64,000 nt of DNA from the human T2T-CHM13v2.0 reference genome, Homo sapiens, in NCBI RefSeq assembly GCF_009914755.1, contig NC_060928.1. One strand, written 5' to 3'. The notes under the pieces were generated by a model that ran no database searches, was not told the origin of the DNA, and saw only the letters and a list, made by a program, of their open reading frames with translations. Positions 29,252-44,248 of the stretch are shown here, in pieces; within the stretch, counting starts at the first letter, position 1, and every line of letters begins with the position of its first letter. The position numbers were made by a program, and so were the translations under genes.

Positions 29252-30175
29252 CTTAGTGTTCTGGAAAGACCCTTGGCATGAGGAATTCCAGAGATGCAGA
29301 TTGTAAGTCAGGTTCATCAATCACAGGCAAACCTTCTTGGTCATGTTATTCCCATCTCTAGCTTCTATTTTTTCATCTATAAAATGGGGATAAAGAGCCC
29401 TTCTGCACCCTTTCCTAAATAAATGTGACATATCATCATTGTTCCTAACCTTAACTTCCAACAGCTAGAGCTAGCTCCAGCCCACCCTCTCCACCCCAAA
29501 AAACTAAAAAGTTCCTGATAGGAATGGTGCAGAAAGTAGGCCGGAGTAGCATAGCTGGCAGAGTTAGTATTTGTTTCGGCTCTGCTAGAGACACTAAGTA
29601 AGTGAGTGCTTGTAAATTATAAGGCGCAGTTTATAAATTAAAATATAAAAATGGAAATGCAGATTACTTTGGTGTGGTTCCAAGTTCCTCAGCAGTTTAA
29701 AAAAAAAACTTAATAGACAATCAGAGAGACACAATCTGTTTCAGGAAATAGCAAGAGTTTTTGAAAAATCTTTGTAAAAATCCTTGTTGAGACGTAAACT
29801 TACTCAAGCTATGTCTTTATGACATGAATAACACACGTTCCTACAGTGGCTGAAATGGCGTAGGCTTGAGTGGCCTTCTCTAAAGTCTCAAACCGGTTCT
29901 ACTTTATATGACTCCATGTGTTGGCAGCTCAAAATGGCATTCATTCATGTGTTCATGTACCCTCATGTTCAGCTACTTGTCAGTTAATTCTGTCAGTATT
30001 AACTGAGAACCTACTATGTGCTGGGCATCAATAATAAAACAATGACCAAGACAGACATGATCCCCACTTTCATTGCAGACAGATATTAAATTAAAAGAAT
30101 GCATACATGAGTATGCAATTGCAAATTTTGATAGAGCCTATGAAGGAAGAGAATAGGGGAGACCTAATTTAGGTG

Positions 30176-30544
30176 TGTATTAGTCCATTTTCATGCTGCT
30201 GATAAAGACATACTGGAGACTGGTTAATTTATAAAGAAAAAGAGGTTTGATGGACTCATAGTTCCACATGGCCTCATGGGGAGGCTTCAAAATCATGGTG
30301 GAAGGTGAAAGGCATGTCTTACATGGTGGCAGACAAGAGAAAATGAGAGCCAAGCAAAAGGGGTTTCTCCTTACAAAATCATCAGATCTTGGGAGACTTA
30401 TTCACTAACACGAGAACACTATGGGGGAAACCACCACGCTGTTGATTCAATAATCTCCCACCAGGTCCCTCCCACAACATGTGGGAATTATGGGAGCTAC
30501 AATTAAAGATGAGATTTGGGTGGGGACACAGCCAAACCATATCA
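30176..30544 (-). mobile_element. THE1 solo LTR (MaLR)
   Basis: tgtattagtccattttcatgctgctgataaagac...gccaaaccatatca, TSD aggtg/agatg. Confidence 0.93.
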
Positions 30545-30945
30545 AGATGATGAAAGCCTGTCTGAGAACTTAGCTGAGTGCTTTGAGATGAGGAAGGGCA
30601 GGCAAGTGCAGGAGGGCTGCGGGCAGTAAGCAGAGGCTAAGGGAGGGGCGAAGCAGGCAGAAAGCATGGGATGTGTGAAGTCACCTGGACCAGAACATGC
30701 TGAGTGCATGTAAGGCTCTGAATGCAGGCCAGTGTGGCCACAGCATGGAGAATAAGGGAGAGGAAGAGATGAAATGAGGTCTGAAAGGTAGAAAGAAACT
30801 AAATCATGCAGGACCTTGTAGACCAAGGCAAAGGCAAAGAGCCTGCATGTTGTTCTAAATGCCAGAGGCCATTGAAAGACGTCAGTCAGAGAAGCAGCCT
30901 GCTATCCTTTCTACTTCACAGCAGTTATTTCTGACTGCTGAGTAG

Positions 30946-31372
<427 letters not shown>

Positions 31373-34228
31373 TTAGGAGGGAGGTGGAAAGAAATGGTAA
31401 GAATGCCTCCCAGGTTTTGCCTGGAGCCAGTGGGTGGATGGAGGTGCCATTTCTTAAGATGAGAAAGCCTAGAAGAGGAAAGGGTTTGGCTGGAAGAGAA
31501 GTATTAAGAGATTGGTCTTGGGAATGTTGAGTTTTAAATGTCCATGAGGCATCCATGTGCAGATGTTGAGCTGTCAGCTAGAAGGCCAGTCAGGATGGGA
31601 AGGGGGAGATGGGTGGAGGTGGATGGGAAATCTTCAGACCATAGGCTAATCCTTGATTCTCTCTTGATAAGCCCTCAATGTAACATTGGTTGATTGAATG
31701 AATGAATGATATTTCAGAAATACAGACATTAGAGGGACGATATCTCTCAGGTGCAGTCAGTAAGAAGCAATAGAAATCTTACAGAAGAATGTGACTAAGA
31801 ATATCACAGTTTGGGGATTCCATTTTAAGACCAAAAATAGGCTGTAAACTCTACACCAAACTGTGAATCTTGTAAGAATCTCAGATACCTCATCAGGCTG
31901 CTTATCCTCCCTCTCTTCTCCTACTCCCCGTTTTCCAAGCTAACTTTATCTCCACACCCTACCTGGTCTTCTCACCAGAGATAGAAGCTTTGGAAAGCCT
32001 CCACTAATGTCTAATACTTCCAACTCTGATGCTTGCTGTAACAACTAAAGCAAAATTATTCATCCAAACCTCAAGGGTACTTGGCTTGAATGGCTACAAA
32101 TTAGATTCCTTGGGGTGAAAAAGAAAAAAGTTCTTGTCCATTTTTTTAAAATCATGGAGTATGTCAATCCCTTCTTGACCACATCACCCCAATAGGCTAT
32201 TCTTGTGGTTGGCTGCTGACCAAATGTAGATCCTGTTTCTGGCTTCCCACCATTTGTTTTCTTCATAAACTCAGTGGGTGTCACAAGTCTGGAACTCATT
32301 CGGAACCTATCCCTGATTGGCCTCTTAGATTGCATCATGTTCTTGAAGAGCTACCTTTGGATATCTTACTCAGATTCCTAAATCAGCCCAAAGGCCCTCA
32401 GGACCCTGGCATTGGTTTCTGGTGACCTTTGTTACCTCCTCCCCATCACCAGTGTAATGTGCCTGTGGGATTTTTGTTACCCTGTACCAGCTTCCCCTTC
32501 TCATGACAACAGGGCATGACTTTGCTTTGGAGAGAATCACTCCTCCTCAGTGTTCAGTCTGTGTGGCTCACTTGATGAATACCTTCATCTCCCAGAAGTA
32601 TACACGTCATCTAGACTAGAGCATTCCAGAATATTCCATTCTCCCAGCCACACTGAGTGGTTTAGAGATAAACACACCACCCAACTGGAACAACCAGGGC
32701 TAACAAAACCCCTTGACAGGGCTTTTTCTCTCTCTCCCCAATTTCATAATGTTCTTTCCATCCTCTTTGTTAAGGGGGTTTTGAAATTCTGCTCCTCTCC
32801 CCTTTATGTCATCTCTTTTTTTCTTGATCAATACTGTCAGAGTTTTGTTGATTTTATTAGTTTTCTCCAGGAGTCAAGTTATGCCTTTGTTGCTTTTCTG
32901 TATTCTATCTTGGTTTTCTGTTTTATTACTACATGCTTTTATCTTCATCATTGTTTTCTTTTACTTATTCTGCAATTCTGCACTGTGCAAAAAAGTTAAT
33001 CAGAATCTTTTATTATGCTTTTTTCTTTTACACTTTATGTTTACAAGACAGAATGCCTTTATCTGTGTTCCTAGTTCTAGGAGAATGTGCCCAGTCTTTT
33101 AGTTGGGTTGAGTGGATGAGAAGTACATCTGTGAGGTCACAGAGAGTGAGTCTGTGAGTAAAGTCAACCCCCTAAGACAAGCACAGTTTTCTATATAACA
33201 AACTTTCAGTCTCAAGTTTACAAGTAACATAATAACTTTATGGGAAATCTCTTTGCTCTTCTTAGCAAACAGACTTAGCAGAAATTCTACGTTAGACGAA
33301 CGAGTTGTGGAATAAGCAGAGATTTAACTTAAATTTATAATAAGGGGTCTGTAAATATCCTCTAAGCTCTTCTCTTATCCACAAACCATGGTTAATCCAA
33401 CGCTTTGCATTCTGAAAGGTCTTATATCCTCTCAAGATTTTTGCTATTCAAGACTGTGGCCTCTGGTCTCAACCTAATTTTAATCAAGGCTAAATTAAAT
33501 ATATTTGGGATTTATAATTTTTCTGTTCTTTAGCATCTGAGTTACTCTGTGATCTGATGCCCTCTGTTCAACCCACCCTAGCTCACATCACAATGTCTTC
33601 TGGGAAAAGTGTCCGAAATGCATCCACATTTAACCCCATGACTGCTTGCTTATTGGGTTAGACTTCCCAGGGATGTTTGTGTTTGAACGTAGCTCTCAGA
33701 CTTAAACTAATCACCATGGAGGGAATTTCAGAGTTCCCAAAATCAGAACATGGACAAAAGATTCCACTGCTACCTACGGGCCTGGCTGTGGGTCTCTCCT
33801 CTTCGCTTCACCTACATCTTATAGGAAGAGTTGCTCAGAAGACAAGCAGGCATAGCTCATCTTCAGAACTCACTCCCATGCCTCCCTTTCCAAAGCTCAC
33901 CAACCAAGAAGGTGGTGCAGTGGAGGAGCATGGCCTGTGTTGTTGCATGGCGTGATTTGAATCTCAGTTTCACCAGTTCTAAGGCCTTGATTTCCTCTTC
34001 TGCAAATGGGAGAGGACAATGCACATCAGCTTGGATTGCTTGAAGGGTGAAGTCAGTTGAAAAATGTGAACATTCTTATAAGCAGTACAAATTAGTTAAC
34101 TAAATGGTTAGCTAGTTGGTCTCTGCGTGTTTATTGAGAGCCACAAATCACTATAGATGTAGATATGGATATGGATAAGATATGGGTATGGACATGGATG
34201 GATGGACAGATAGATTAGGTAGCTAGAT

Positions 34229-34276
<48 letters not shown>
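34229..34276. repeat. (GATA)12 tetranucleotide STR within a degenerate GATA/GACA tract
   Basis: Twelve perfect GATA units, degenerate flanks from about 34150 to 34340. Confidence 0.95.
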
Positions 34277-34279
<3 letters not shown>

Positions 34280-37072
34280 GATAGACAGACAGTAGACAGA
34301 CAGATAGATATAGGTAAATAAGAGAAGATAGAGATAGTCTCCTCAAGAAGCTTAAAATGTACCAAGAAAATAAAACTCTTCTATGTCAAAACTGTCTCCT
34401 AGAACCTCAGAAATGTTTTAGTTTTTCTCCAACACTTTCCACAGTCCCAAGAGACAGTACCCGTGAATTTCTCTGAAAGCTGGGGAGCTTAGTTTAATTG
34501 TTCAGCAAGCATTTCCTGAGCAGCTCCCATGGACAGGCGCCGTGCTAGACTGTGGGAGTCCACTGGTGAACAAGGCGACTCTTGCTGCCTTCAGCCTGCC
34601 CCGCACATGCAACAATTCCAGGTGTACCTCTTGCACTCTGGGATTAGCAGCCCCCAGGCCATTAGGCAGTGTCTTGGGAGCCCAGCCCAAGGACAAGTTG
34701 GGGGAGACTCTAGCAATACTCTATCACCACTGCCCTTCCACCAGGACAAGGCCAGACCCGCCACTGTGCTGAGATAAATCTCCAACCGTTAAATAAACCT
34801 CATGACTCTTTGTTCTCGATTGTTACAAGGACATTGGAGCCTAGAATTTATGTGGCTCCTGAAGACTGCTAATTTGGTGGGAGAGTGGGTGATCTATCAC
34901 TTAAGGAAGGGCAAGGGGGTGTGTCTGTTGGCCCAAATGCTGACACACAGGAGCAGTCATTTCAAGGAGAGGACAGTTGTAAATCCCAAGTCTGTCCCCA
35001 GCAGACTGTCTTAGCTCATGTCAGACAAAGGCTTGCCCTCTGCTATACATAAACTTCTGGGAGAGTTCTTACCTCCAGCATCCCTATGTTGGGATATTTA
35101 CCTTCCCTGGAAGGAGAAGTCAAGCAGCCCTTAAGTTTACAATAATATTATCTGATGTTCATCTAGCAGTTTTCTAGGTTACAAGGTCTTTTCATCTCTA
35201 TTATCTCCATTGCAGCTCACATAACCCAGAACAGAATTTTTCAGAGGAAGAAACTGAGGCTTGGATAGGTTATGTGATCAGGCAGCCAATGTGATCATGT
35301 CATCGACTATAGTAGATGGAGTTGTCCTATTCTATCAACAAAGCTACTGGAGAATATTGAAGAGGGAAAAAGAATATCAACGCTTTCCACAAAGTTCTAG
35401 AAGGCAGAAGCCTTATCATTCCTTCCACCAGCTAACTCCAAATTATTTGAAGGCATCTCTTTGATGTTGGAATATCATTCAAAAGCAATATTGAATATGA
35501 CCATTCTTCAGGCCCTCAGAGGAGTCCCACATCCAGGGTCAGAGGCTTGATGACTTGCAGACACACATGAATTCCGTGATGAACCTGTCCAAATATCCCT
35601 TGAGGCACCAGCTGAGTGCAAAAGGGGGCATGGAGAATGGAAGCCGTCTGCAAATTCCTCCTTGATCCAAATTAGACCTGGCAAGAGTCAAGCTTTCCCA
35701 AGAGCCAAGAGAGAATCACTGGACGTTGACAAGGGCAGAGAGTAGAAAAGACATAGTCACCCTTGGATATCAGGGATAATCCTGGAGCCTCCAGACCAGC
35801 AAAAGGCCAGCTGGAAAACCTGCCCAGCCTCTTACACATTCGTCCCCACTCTAGTATGAGCCATGGCAGCTTCCTGGAGAGTACAATCCAAGACAGCCAA
35901 ATTTATTTTTATCTTTTATCCTCTGAGAAAAATAACAGGATTCATCAATAATGCCATGTTTAGACTCATTTGGGAAATCAAGAAGTTTGCCATGAGAACA
36001 GCATTCTCTTTGATCCATTTTACTACAGTATCATATTTTGGAAAATGTAATTATAGCTGGATTCCCCCAGCAAAATCAAAGGACTCTGGGTGTCCTTCTG
36101 CTGTATGGGCAGCCCAGGCCACTGGACAAGGTGTCTGATGGCCATACGACTGATGCTGTCAGATCAGCTCAGTATTCTATGTTTCTTCACCTGCTGTAAA
36201 TGAGCACTGCTCCTGGAAAATGAGGTCAGTCTTCCTCCCGGGTCTTTCCAAGCTCCCTGGAGACACTGGTTTGCAGAGGTGTGCTCTTTGGGATCTTTGG
36301 AAAGGAGAGGCTGAGCTGGTATTGACAGTGCAAAACCCTCATTAGGAAGTAACACTGTTAAAAGAGAAAGAGGAGTAGCACCGCAGACTGGATAAAGTCC
36401 CTACCAGCCCAGCAGTGAGCTCCGAAGCAGAGATTGCTTGCGGGAGGAGTCCCACATCCAGGGGAAGAGGCTGGGCCCTTGTACCGTGGCCTTGCTTAGT
36501 TACAGGACCAGGGTTCCCTTGCTCCCTGCATGCTGAGGAGAATCCAGAGGGGCTAATAGCTGGAGACGGTGAGCTAAGCACGCTCTCAGCCGCTGGGCAG
36601 CCAGTCCTTTCATGAAGAGATCTGAGCTGCGATTCTCCAGGTCTGCTACAAATGGTGAGAAGGACATTTGGGCTTGATCAGGGGACATGAGTTCAGAGGA
36701 TCTCAGTCAAAGCTGTTACATATGTCCAGGACTTTCTGGAGCCAAAAGAATATTTACAGTGATTTCTCCCTAGAAATTCACTGCTTAACAGGAGTTCATA
36801 ACTGCTTCTTATTGAATTTTATTCTTTCCTACTTCACTAGCTAATTCAATAAACATCTATTGAACATTTTCAATCTATATCTATTGAGTTCCTTGAAAAT
36901 GGCAAACCCTGAGTGAAGGGTTGAAGCTACAAATATTCCTGAGGCTTATAACCTCCTCTCCGAGGGCTTACACTTCCACAACAGATATAAATACGATGTG
37001 AAAATAACTGAAGAAATCCAAGAAAGCTTGGGACAATTGCTGTGGAAAAGAAAGACATTTGGGCTTGATTAG

Positions 37073-37474
<402 letters not shown>

Positions 37475-37785
37475 TAACTGCCTCACAGGGGTTGATAATG
37501 CAGAGGACTATAAATGTATAGAAGAGGTAGTGATTGCTTCTAATTTGCAAGGTCAAATTGGCTTTCCAGGATCGTTAACATTGGAGCTGGGCCATGAAGA
37601 ATGGGTAGGACCTAAGTAGACAGATACCAGGAGAGAGACATTTTGCATGGAATGGAATGAGCAAAGCCACTGATTAATGACAGCAAAAATAATAGCTAAC
37701 ACTTTTCTAGTGCCTATTATGTGCCACACACTTTGTGTGAGTTTATCCTACCTAAGACTTGAAACAGTTCTGCCCAGGAGGTATT

Positions 37786-38149
37786 TGTATTAGTCCATTT
37801 TCACACTGCTGATAAAGACATACCTGAGACCGGGCAATTTACAAAAGAAAGAGGTTTAATGGATTCACAGTTCAACGTGGCTGGGAAGGCCTCACAATCA
37901 TGGCAGAAGGTGAAAGGCACATCTCACGTGGCGGCAGACAAGAGAAGAAAATGAGAGCCAAGTGAAAGGGGTTTCCCCTTATAAAACCATCAGATCTCGT
38001 GAGACTTATTCACTACCTCAACAACAGTATGAGAGAAACCAACCCCGTGATTCAATTATCTCCCACTGGGTCCCTCTTACAACATGAGGGAATTATGGGA
38101 GCTACACTTTGAGATAAGATTTGGGTGGGGACACAGTCAAACCATATCA
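37786..38149 (-). mobile_element. THE1 solo LTR inserted into a MIR
   Basis: tgtattagtcc...aaccatatca, perfect TSD GTATT, MIR sequence on both sides. Confidence 0.95.
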
Positions 38150-40749
38150 GTATTAGTATTCCCAATGTATAGGTAAAGGTTCTCAGGCTCAGAGAGATGA
38201 AGTAATTTGCCTAAGGTTGCACAGGCAGTGGAAGATTCAGTTTTCAAAGTCAGATGATGTAACTTGAAAACCTATTCCCAGCCTTACACGATCTGCTAAC
38301 ATGGGTGGATGTGAGGCCGACACCACCATTAGCCAGGGAGGACACACAGCAGGATGAGGATGAAGAGAAGGAGATGTTCTGGAGTGGAGAAGAGTGGTCA
38401 GTCACCCCTGGGTGGTCTGTGGAACATTTAGGTGGACATGCCCAGAGGCCAGCTGGAAATTTGAATTTAAAATGCAGACAAGAGGTTGCAGTTAGAAAGG
38501 AGTTCTGGAGAGAGAGAGGGAGAGATCATTGCTAGTTTTAGAGGTGGAGACCTGTTTATTCACTCAAGGAGAGCAGTGGGTCTCTTTGGAAAAATACCAC
38601 GGGCGTGAGATGTCAATGCTGTCTTGTAGCAGAAGAGCAGAATCTGTTTTGCTGGGGGTGCAAATGGGCTGGAGAAATAGGAAGAGAGAGAGCAGAGCAA
38701 AGATGGAGAGAGACAAGGAAGGCTCTGCTAGCTATAAGTTCTTTCTCTTGACTCCCTAGCCTTTGGAAAAACTACCAAAAGCACACATGATCTGAACGAA
38801 TAATAATATGACTTTTATTGTGAAAGTCAGCAAAGCAGCCTTCATTTCAGGCCCCACACTGGGTGAAACAGAGACTGTGTACCTGGAACAGGGGCCCAGG
38901 CAGAGGAACCCTGAGAACCTAATCACGGAAAATTTGCAGAAATCATGGGCAGGGCTCTGGCCTTTCACAGGCTGCTGACTTGAATCAAATCTGTTGAGTT
39001 TTCATGGAGCAAGGGTGCCCTGGCTGAGAAGGAACAGGCTGAGGATGGAACTTCCCTTACTTTGCACCCCTTAAGAAGCTGCAGAGAAGACCAAATCCAG
39101 TGAAAGAGAAAGCAAAGGGCAGAATAGAGGATGGAGGTGCCCTTGAGTAGAGGGAAGAGCCTGGGGCTTGGTTCTGCCCTGGACCAAGTGCTGGGCTTTG
39201 GATAAATCGACTGAACATCTCTGTGTCTCACGTCTCCATGTGGGAGCTCCAGACCTCATGAGCCCAGAGCTTTGCATGTTATAATGCTTGTGGGCTTTGG
39301 GGGAGAAGGGGCCAGAAGGTAGAAGCTGAAAGAAGATGGGCATTGTCCTGATGCAAAGAGGGGAGTGACACGGAAACAGCCTCCAGTGCTGTCATGTGCT
39401 GGGACTGAGAAGGTGGAGGACTTAGAGGGGCCCACTGGGTTTGGTGAGGGCAGGTGCCTTTGGGGGAGTAAGTAATAGGACAAGATCACTGTTCTCTGTG
39501 TAGGAAATTAGGTGTCCATGGTTTCTTTTATAATAAGGTGCTGAGCATAGGTGTGTTGAGTTGTCTCCAAGTGTTCCTGTACCAAAGTTGAGTGGACCAG
39601 CCCTGTGGCACATGCCTGGCAAGGCTGCCCACTTCAAAAGAGCAGCACATTCTGTACTGGCAGCTGACCCATTTCCCAGTGCCAGGTGACAGGAATCCCA
39701 CTGCTCAAACTCATGGCTCCAAGGATAATTAGGTTCTGATCACGCAGTTCTGGGAAATGACACTCCTCTCTCCTCAACGGATGAAGAACTCTCAGGAGGC
39801 AGGAGGGATGCGATCTCGTGTGGCGAGCCTCCTTCCTGTCACTCTGACTTTGACTATTCCAGCTGGATCTCTACAGTCCCCTGGCTGCACTGCCGTCAGC
39901 AGAAGAGGACATTGAGCAACTTCAGACACAACATCATTAGGCCAGGGGGAGCAGACAGGGGGATGCCAGGAAGACCCCCACTCAGGTGCTGCAGGGACCG
40001 AGACCCCACAAGATTCTTCCATTGTTAATTTCGCCCTTGGCAGGAATAAGAGCCCATTATTCATCTTCACTCAGCAACAGCTTACCCTGGCTTTATTCAG
40101 ATCTTTTCTAAAAGGTCCCATTTTTAGCAAAGCCTTCCCTGCCCACCTCATCTAAAATGGGACCTCCATCACCTTCCATCTGTGCACGTAGCTTTTTCTT
40201 TGTAAGCAGTTCCCACTACTCAACGTAGTACATATTGCTTGCTCACACATTTGTTTAATGTTTGTTTGCCTCATTAGAATGTGACTTCTACAGAGGCAGA
40301 GACCTTGCCTGTCTTGTTCTCTGCTCAATCCCAAAGGCCTAGAAAAGCTCCTACTGCAGAACGAGTGGATGAGTGGATGGCATTGAAACTGCATGTTCCT
40401 GAAGAAGCCCAAGGGCAGAGCCCATGATGCCTGGTTCACTCTTATGGTTTCCTGGCTCAGCCCAGTCCCTGGTGCAGCAGAGTCTCTCAAATATTCATTA
40501 GATGAATAAATGAAAGAATAAAGAAAGGACCCATGTTCATCCCAGCATCCCCACAGTGTGGAAGTTTCCTAGACAGCATTGGATTTTGGAGCACCTGGGA
40601 TAAGCATTAATGAAAAGGACAAGCCATACAAAGGGAAATCAGGGAGGACCAAAAGGTCTCCAAGCCCCTGGAGTCATTCAGAAATCTGGTCTAGGTCAAG
40701 ATTATTCCTGTCATAGTTTGAAGTTTGGCTTCTTAAATTCTGCTTCCTT

Positions 40750-40870
40750 AGCTGAGCATGGTGGAGCACACATGTAGTCCCAGCTAGCTGGGAGGCTGAG
40801 GCGAAAGGATTGCCTGAAGCCTGGTAGTTCAAGACCAGACTGGGCAAAATAGCAAGACCCTGTCTCTTAC
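40750..40870 (+). mobile_element. FLAM-like Alu monomer
   Basis: agctgagcatggtggagcacacatgtagtcccagctagctgggaggctgagg...caagaccctgtctc. Confidence 0.8.
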
Positions 40871-41728
40871 ACAGAGAAAAAAATCCTGCTTTCATTATAG
40901 GGAATGAGGCTTCAGACAAAAACGATAGACTCTGTCACTAATTGTCTCTGTAACCTTAACCACTAACCTCTCTGGGCTCCACAAATGGGTTAAGTGAATA
41001 AATGAATGAATGAATGAAAACATTGTGCTATAGAGACTTCCAATGGTTCAAATTTTCAATGGAGCACGGGGGTAGAGAGGAATTAGATTGCATTCAAAAA
41101 TAGATTGCCTCAAAGATGTTCTTCTCGTGCTAACCAACTGCATTTCCATTTTTCAAAGTGTAGAGGAAATTTCCTTCCCAGTTAAGAAACCAGATATATT
41201 TAAGGCAGCAGGGCTTAACTTGGAAATGAATACACGAATCTCCTTCTCTCTGTCCTTGCTTTCATTCTGTCATCTTCTTGAGCACAGCCTCATCCACGCT
41301 CTCAGCTCAGAGCACTGGGTTCACACCCTGTGTTAGGGTGGAGGGGGTATTCCTCTTCTGGGCACGAAGATTGGAATCCTGTGGGTACCATGGTAAATTC
41401 TTGCAGGGTTGTTGGAGTTGTTGTCTCTGATAACCCAGTAAAAACTGGTCCTATTGCCTAGCATGAAAAGAACACCCTGAAAGTCACAGCCACCACTGGC
41501 TAATGGGGGTAAACTGGAGATGTGTCGTTTGAGTGATGCCTAGGGAGTGTTTTAGTAACTTGAAATTGTTCAATTTGGTAATAGGCTCATCTTATCTTCC
41601 AAGTGTGCCTGAATTATTTACAGCTGTAAATAATTAGATTATTTACTCTAAGCTTTCAATTATACACGATGTTCCCCAGAAGCTGTTGTCTTTGAGTCTT
41701 CTTTACAACTGCGTGCCGCGGTTTTGTG

Positions 41729-41765
41729 CTACAGCGCCCCTGAGCGGTCAGGGGTGGGATTGCAG
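41729..41765 (-). promoter_or_regulatory. Candidate CTCF site (upstream motif plus core)
   Basis: Minus strand CTGCAATCCC-ACCCC-TGACCGCTCAGGGGCGCTGTAG, local CpG cluster; the core mismatches the consensus at its central AG. Confidence 0.5.
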
Positions 41766-41955
41766 GGAGTAGTTAGCACCCACTAGCAGTTGAAAGACAA
41801 CTTTTGGCCAGCTGTTGTGGGCAAACAGGAGTTCAGGCAAGGGCCATGCTCTTTCCTGCCTGTGTCTTTGTACAAACCCTTTCCTCTGCCTGGAGCTCTT
41901 TGCCCTTCCACATCTCACTCACCTTATTCCATCACTTAAACCCTAATGAATCTCA

Positions 41956-42312
<357 letters not shown>

Positions 42313-42399
42313 TCATGTCTTTGGGAGAAGATTTTCCTGAATTCCCTAAGTAGGCCAGGTCTCCTTGTCTTCGGTGCTTATAGTATCTGTACTTTTCCC

Positions 42400-43200
42400 C
42401 TAGAAAAGTGCTATTGTATAGAAAAAAAGTGCAAGCTACATATAAAATTTTAAACCTATTAACTACATTTTTTAAAAGTAAAAAAAGAAAAGGTGAAATT
42501 CGCTTTAGTAATACATTTTATTTAACCCAAGTGCATTAGTTTGCTAGGGCTGCCATAAAAAAGTACCACCAACTAAGTGACTTAAACAAACAAACAAAAA
42601 AGTATTCTCCTGCAGTTCTGGAGGCTAGAAGTCCAAGATCAAGATCCAAGTGGTGTTGTTTCCTTCTGAGGGCTATGAGGGAGAATCTGTTCCATGCCTC
42701 TCCCTAGCTTCTGGTGGCTTGCTGGCAGCCTTCATCATTCTTTGGCTTGTAAATGGTGTTCTCCCTGTGTCTCCACATGGTCTCTGTCTGTATGTGTCTC
42801 TTTCTCTTCACTGGGCATTCTTTAAAAAGCACAGCAGTCCTATTACAGTGGGAACCCATCCTACTCCAGTATGACTTTATCTTACTGAATTACATCTGCA
42901 AAGACTCTATTTCCAAATACAGTCACATTTTGATGTACTGGGGGTTAGGACTTCAACATATAAATTTTGGGAGGACACAATTCAACCCAAACATCGAGAT
43001 ATTCCACATTTTATTATGTAATCAGTATTAAAATTATTGAAATATTTCACTTTTCCTTGTACTAAGACTTTGAAATACAATGGTGAATTTTATACATACA
43101 GTATAATATATAGTGGCACATTTCTTACTTATAATAGTTTATACTTATAACACTAAATTTTCATCAAAAATACGTTATCTGTATTTGCAGTTCATAAAAT
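42400..43200 (+). mobile_element. MER33/Charlie1-type DNA transposon, interrupted by MLT1 and L1; resumes at about 46130-46225
   Basis: aaaggtgaaattcgctttagtaatacattttatttaacccaa; ...tctgtatttgcagttcataaaat // gttgaaaaagtagaatcgcata...tttttccaacaactgaat. Confidence 0.65.
42532..42993 (-). mobile_element. MLT1 (B/C-like) solo LTR
   Basis: tgcattagtttgctagggctgccat...cagttctggaggctagaagtccaagatcaag...acaattcaacccaaaca. Confidence 0.85.
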
Positions 43201-43243
43201 TTCCATTTTCTCTGCAGCCTTGCCAGCATCTGTTGGTTTTTGA

Positions 43244-43561
43244 CTTTTTTTTTTTTTTTTTTGAGACAGGGTCTTGCTTTGCCGCCCAGCCCAAGCTGGA
43301 GTGCAGTGGCGCAATCATAGTTCACTGCTACCTTGAATTCCTGGGCTCAAGGGATCCTTCCACCTCAGCCTCCCAAGTGGCTGAGACTACAGGTGTGTGC
43401 CACTGCACCCAGCTAGTTAATTTTTTTTTTTTTTTTTTTTTTGTGGAAATGAGGTATTGCCATCTTTCCCAGGCTGGTGTCAATCTCCTGGGCTGAAGTG
43501 ATCCTCAAACCTCAGCTTACCAAAGTGCTGGGATTATAGGCATGAACCACCATACCCTGCT
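43244..43561 (-). mobile_element. AluJ nested in L1
   Basis: Reverse Alu dimer, tgacttttt on both sides. Confidence 0.9.
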
Positions 43562-44042
43562 GACTTTTTTAATAATAGACATTCTGACTTATGTGACATA
43601 GTATCTCATTATATTTCTCTAATAATTAGCGATGTGAAGCATTTTTTTGTTTGTTAACTGCTTGTGTTTCTTCTTTTGAGGAGTATCTGTTCATATATTT
43701 TGCCCATTTTTAATGGGGGGTTATTTGTTTTGTGTTTATTCAATTGTTTAAGTTCCTTATAAATTCCGGATGTTGGACCTTTGTCAGATACTTTGCAAAT
43801 ATTTTCTCCCATTCTAGAGGTTGTCTGTTTACTGTGTTGATAGTTTCTTTTGCTGTGCAGAAGCTCTTTAGTTTAATTAGGTCCCACTTGTTAATTTTTG
43901 TTTTTGTTGCAATTGCTTTTGAGGACTTAGTCAATGTCTCCCAAGGCCAATGTCCAATGTCTAGAATGATGCTTCCTGTTTTCTTCTAGTATTGTTACAG
44001 TTTGGGGTTTTACATTTAATTCTTTAATCCATCTTGAGTTAA

Positions 44043-44248
44043 TTTTTTTATTTCAATAGTTTTTAGAGTATAGGTAGTTTTTGGTTACATGAATAAGTTC
44101 ATTAGTGGTGACTTCTGAGATTTTTGTGCACCCATAAAGCGAACAGTATACACTGTTCCCAATATGTAGTCTTTTACCCCTGACCGCCCTCCCACACTTT
44201 CCCCCGAGTCCCCAGAGTCCATTATATCATTCTTATACCTTTGCATCT
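44043..44248 (-). mobile_element. Short L1PB-like 3' fragment nested in L1
   Basis: ggtagtttttggttacatgaataagttcattagtggtgacttctgagattt, TSD catcttgagttaa/catcttgaattaa. Confidence 0.8.
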
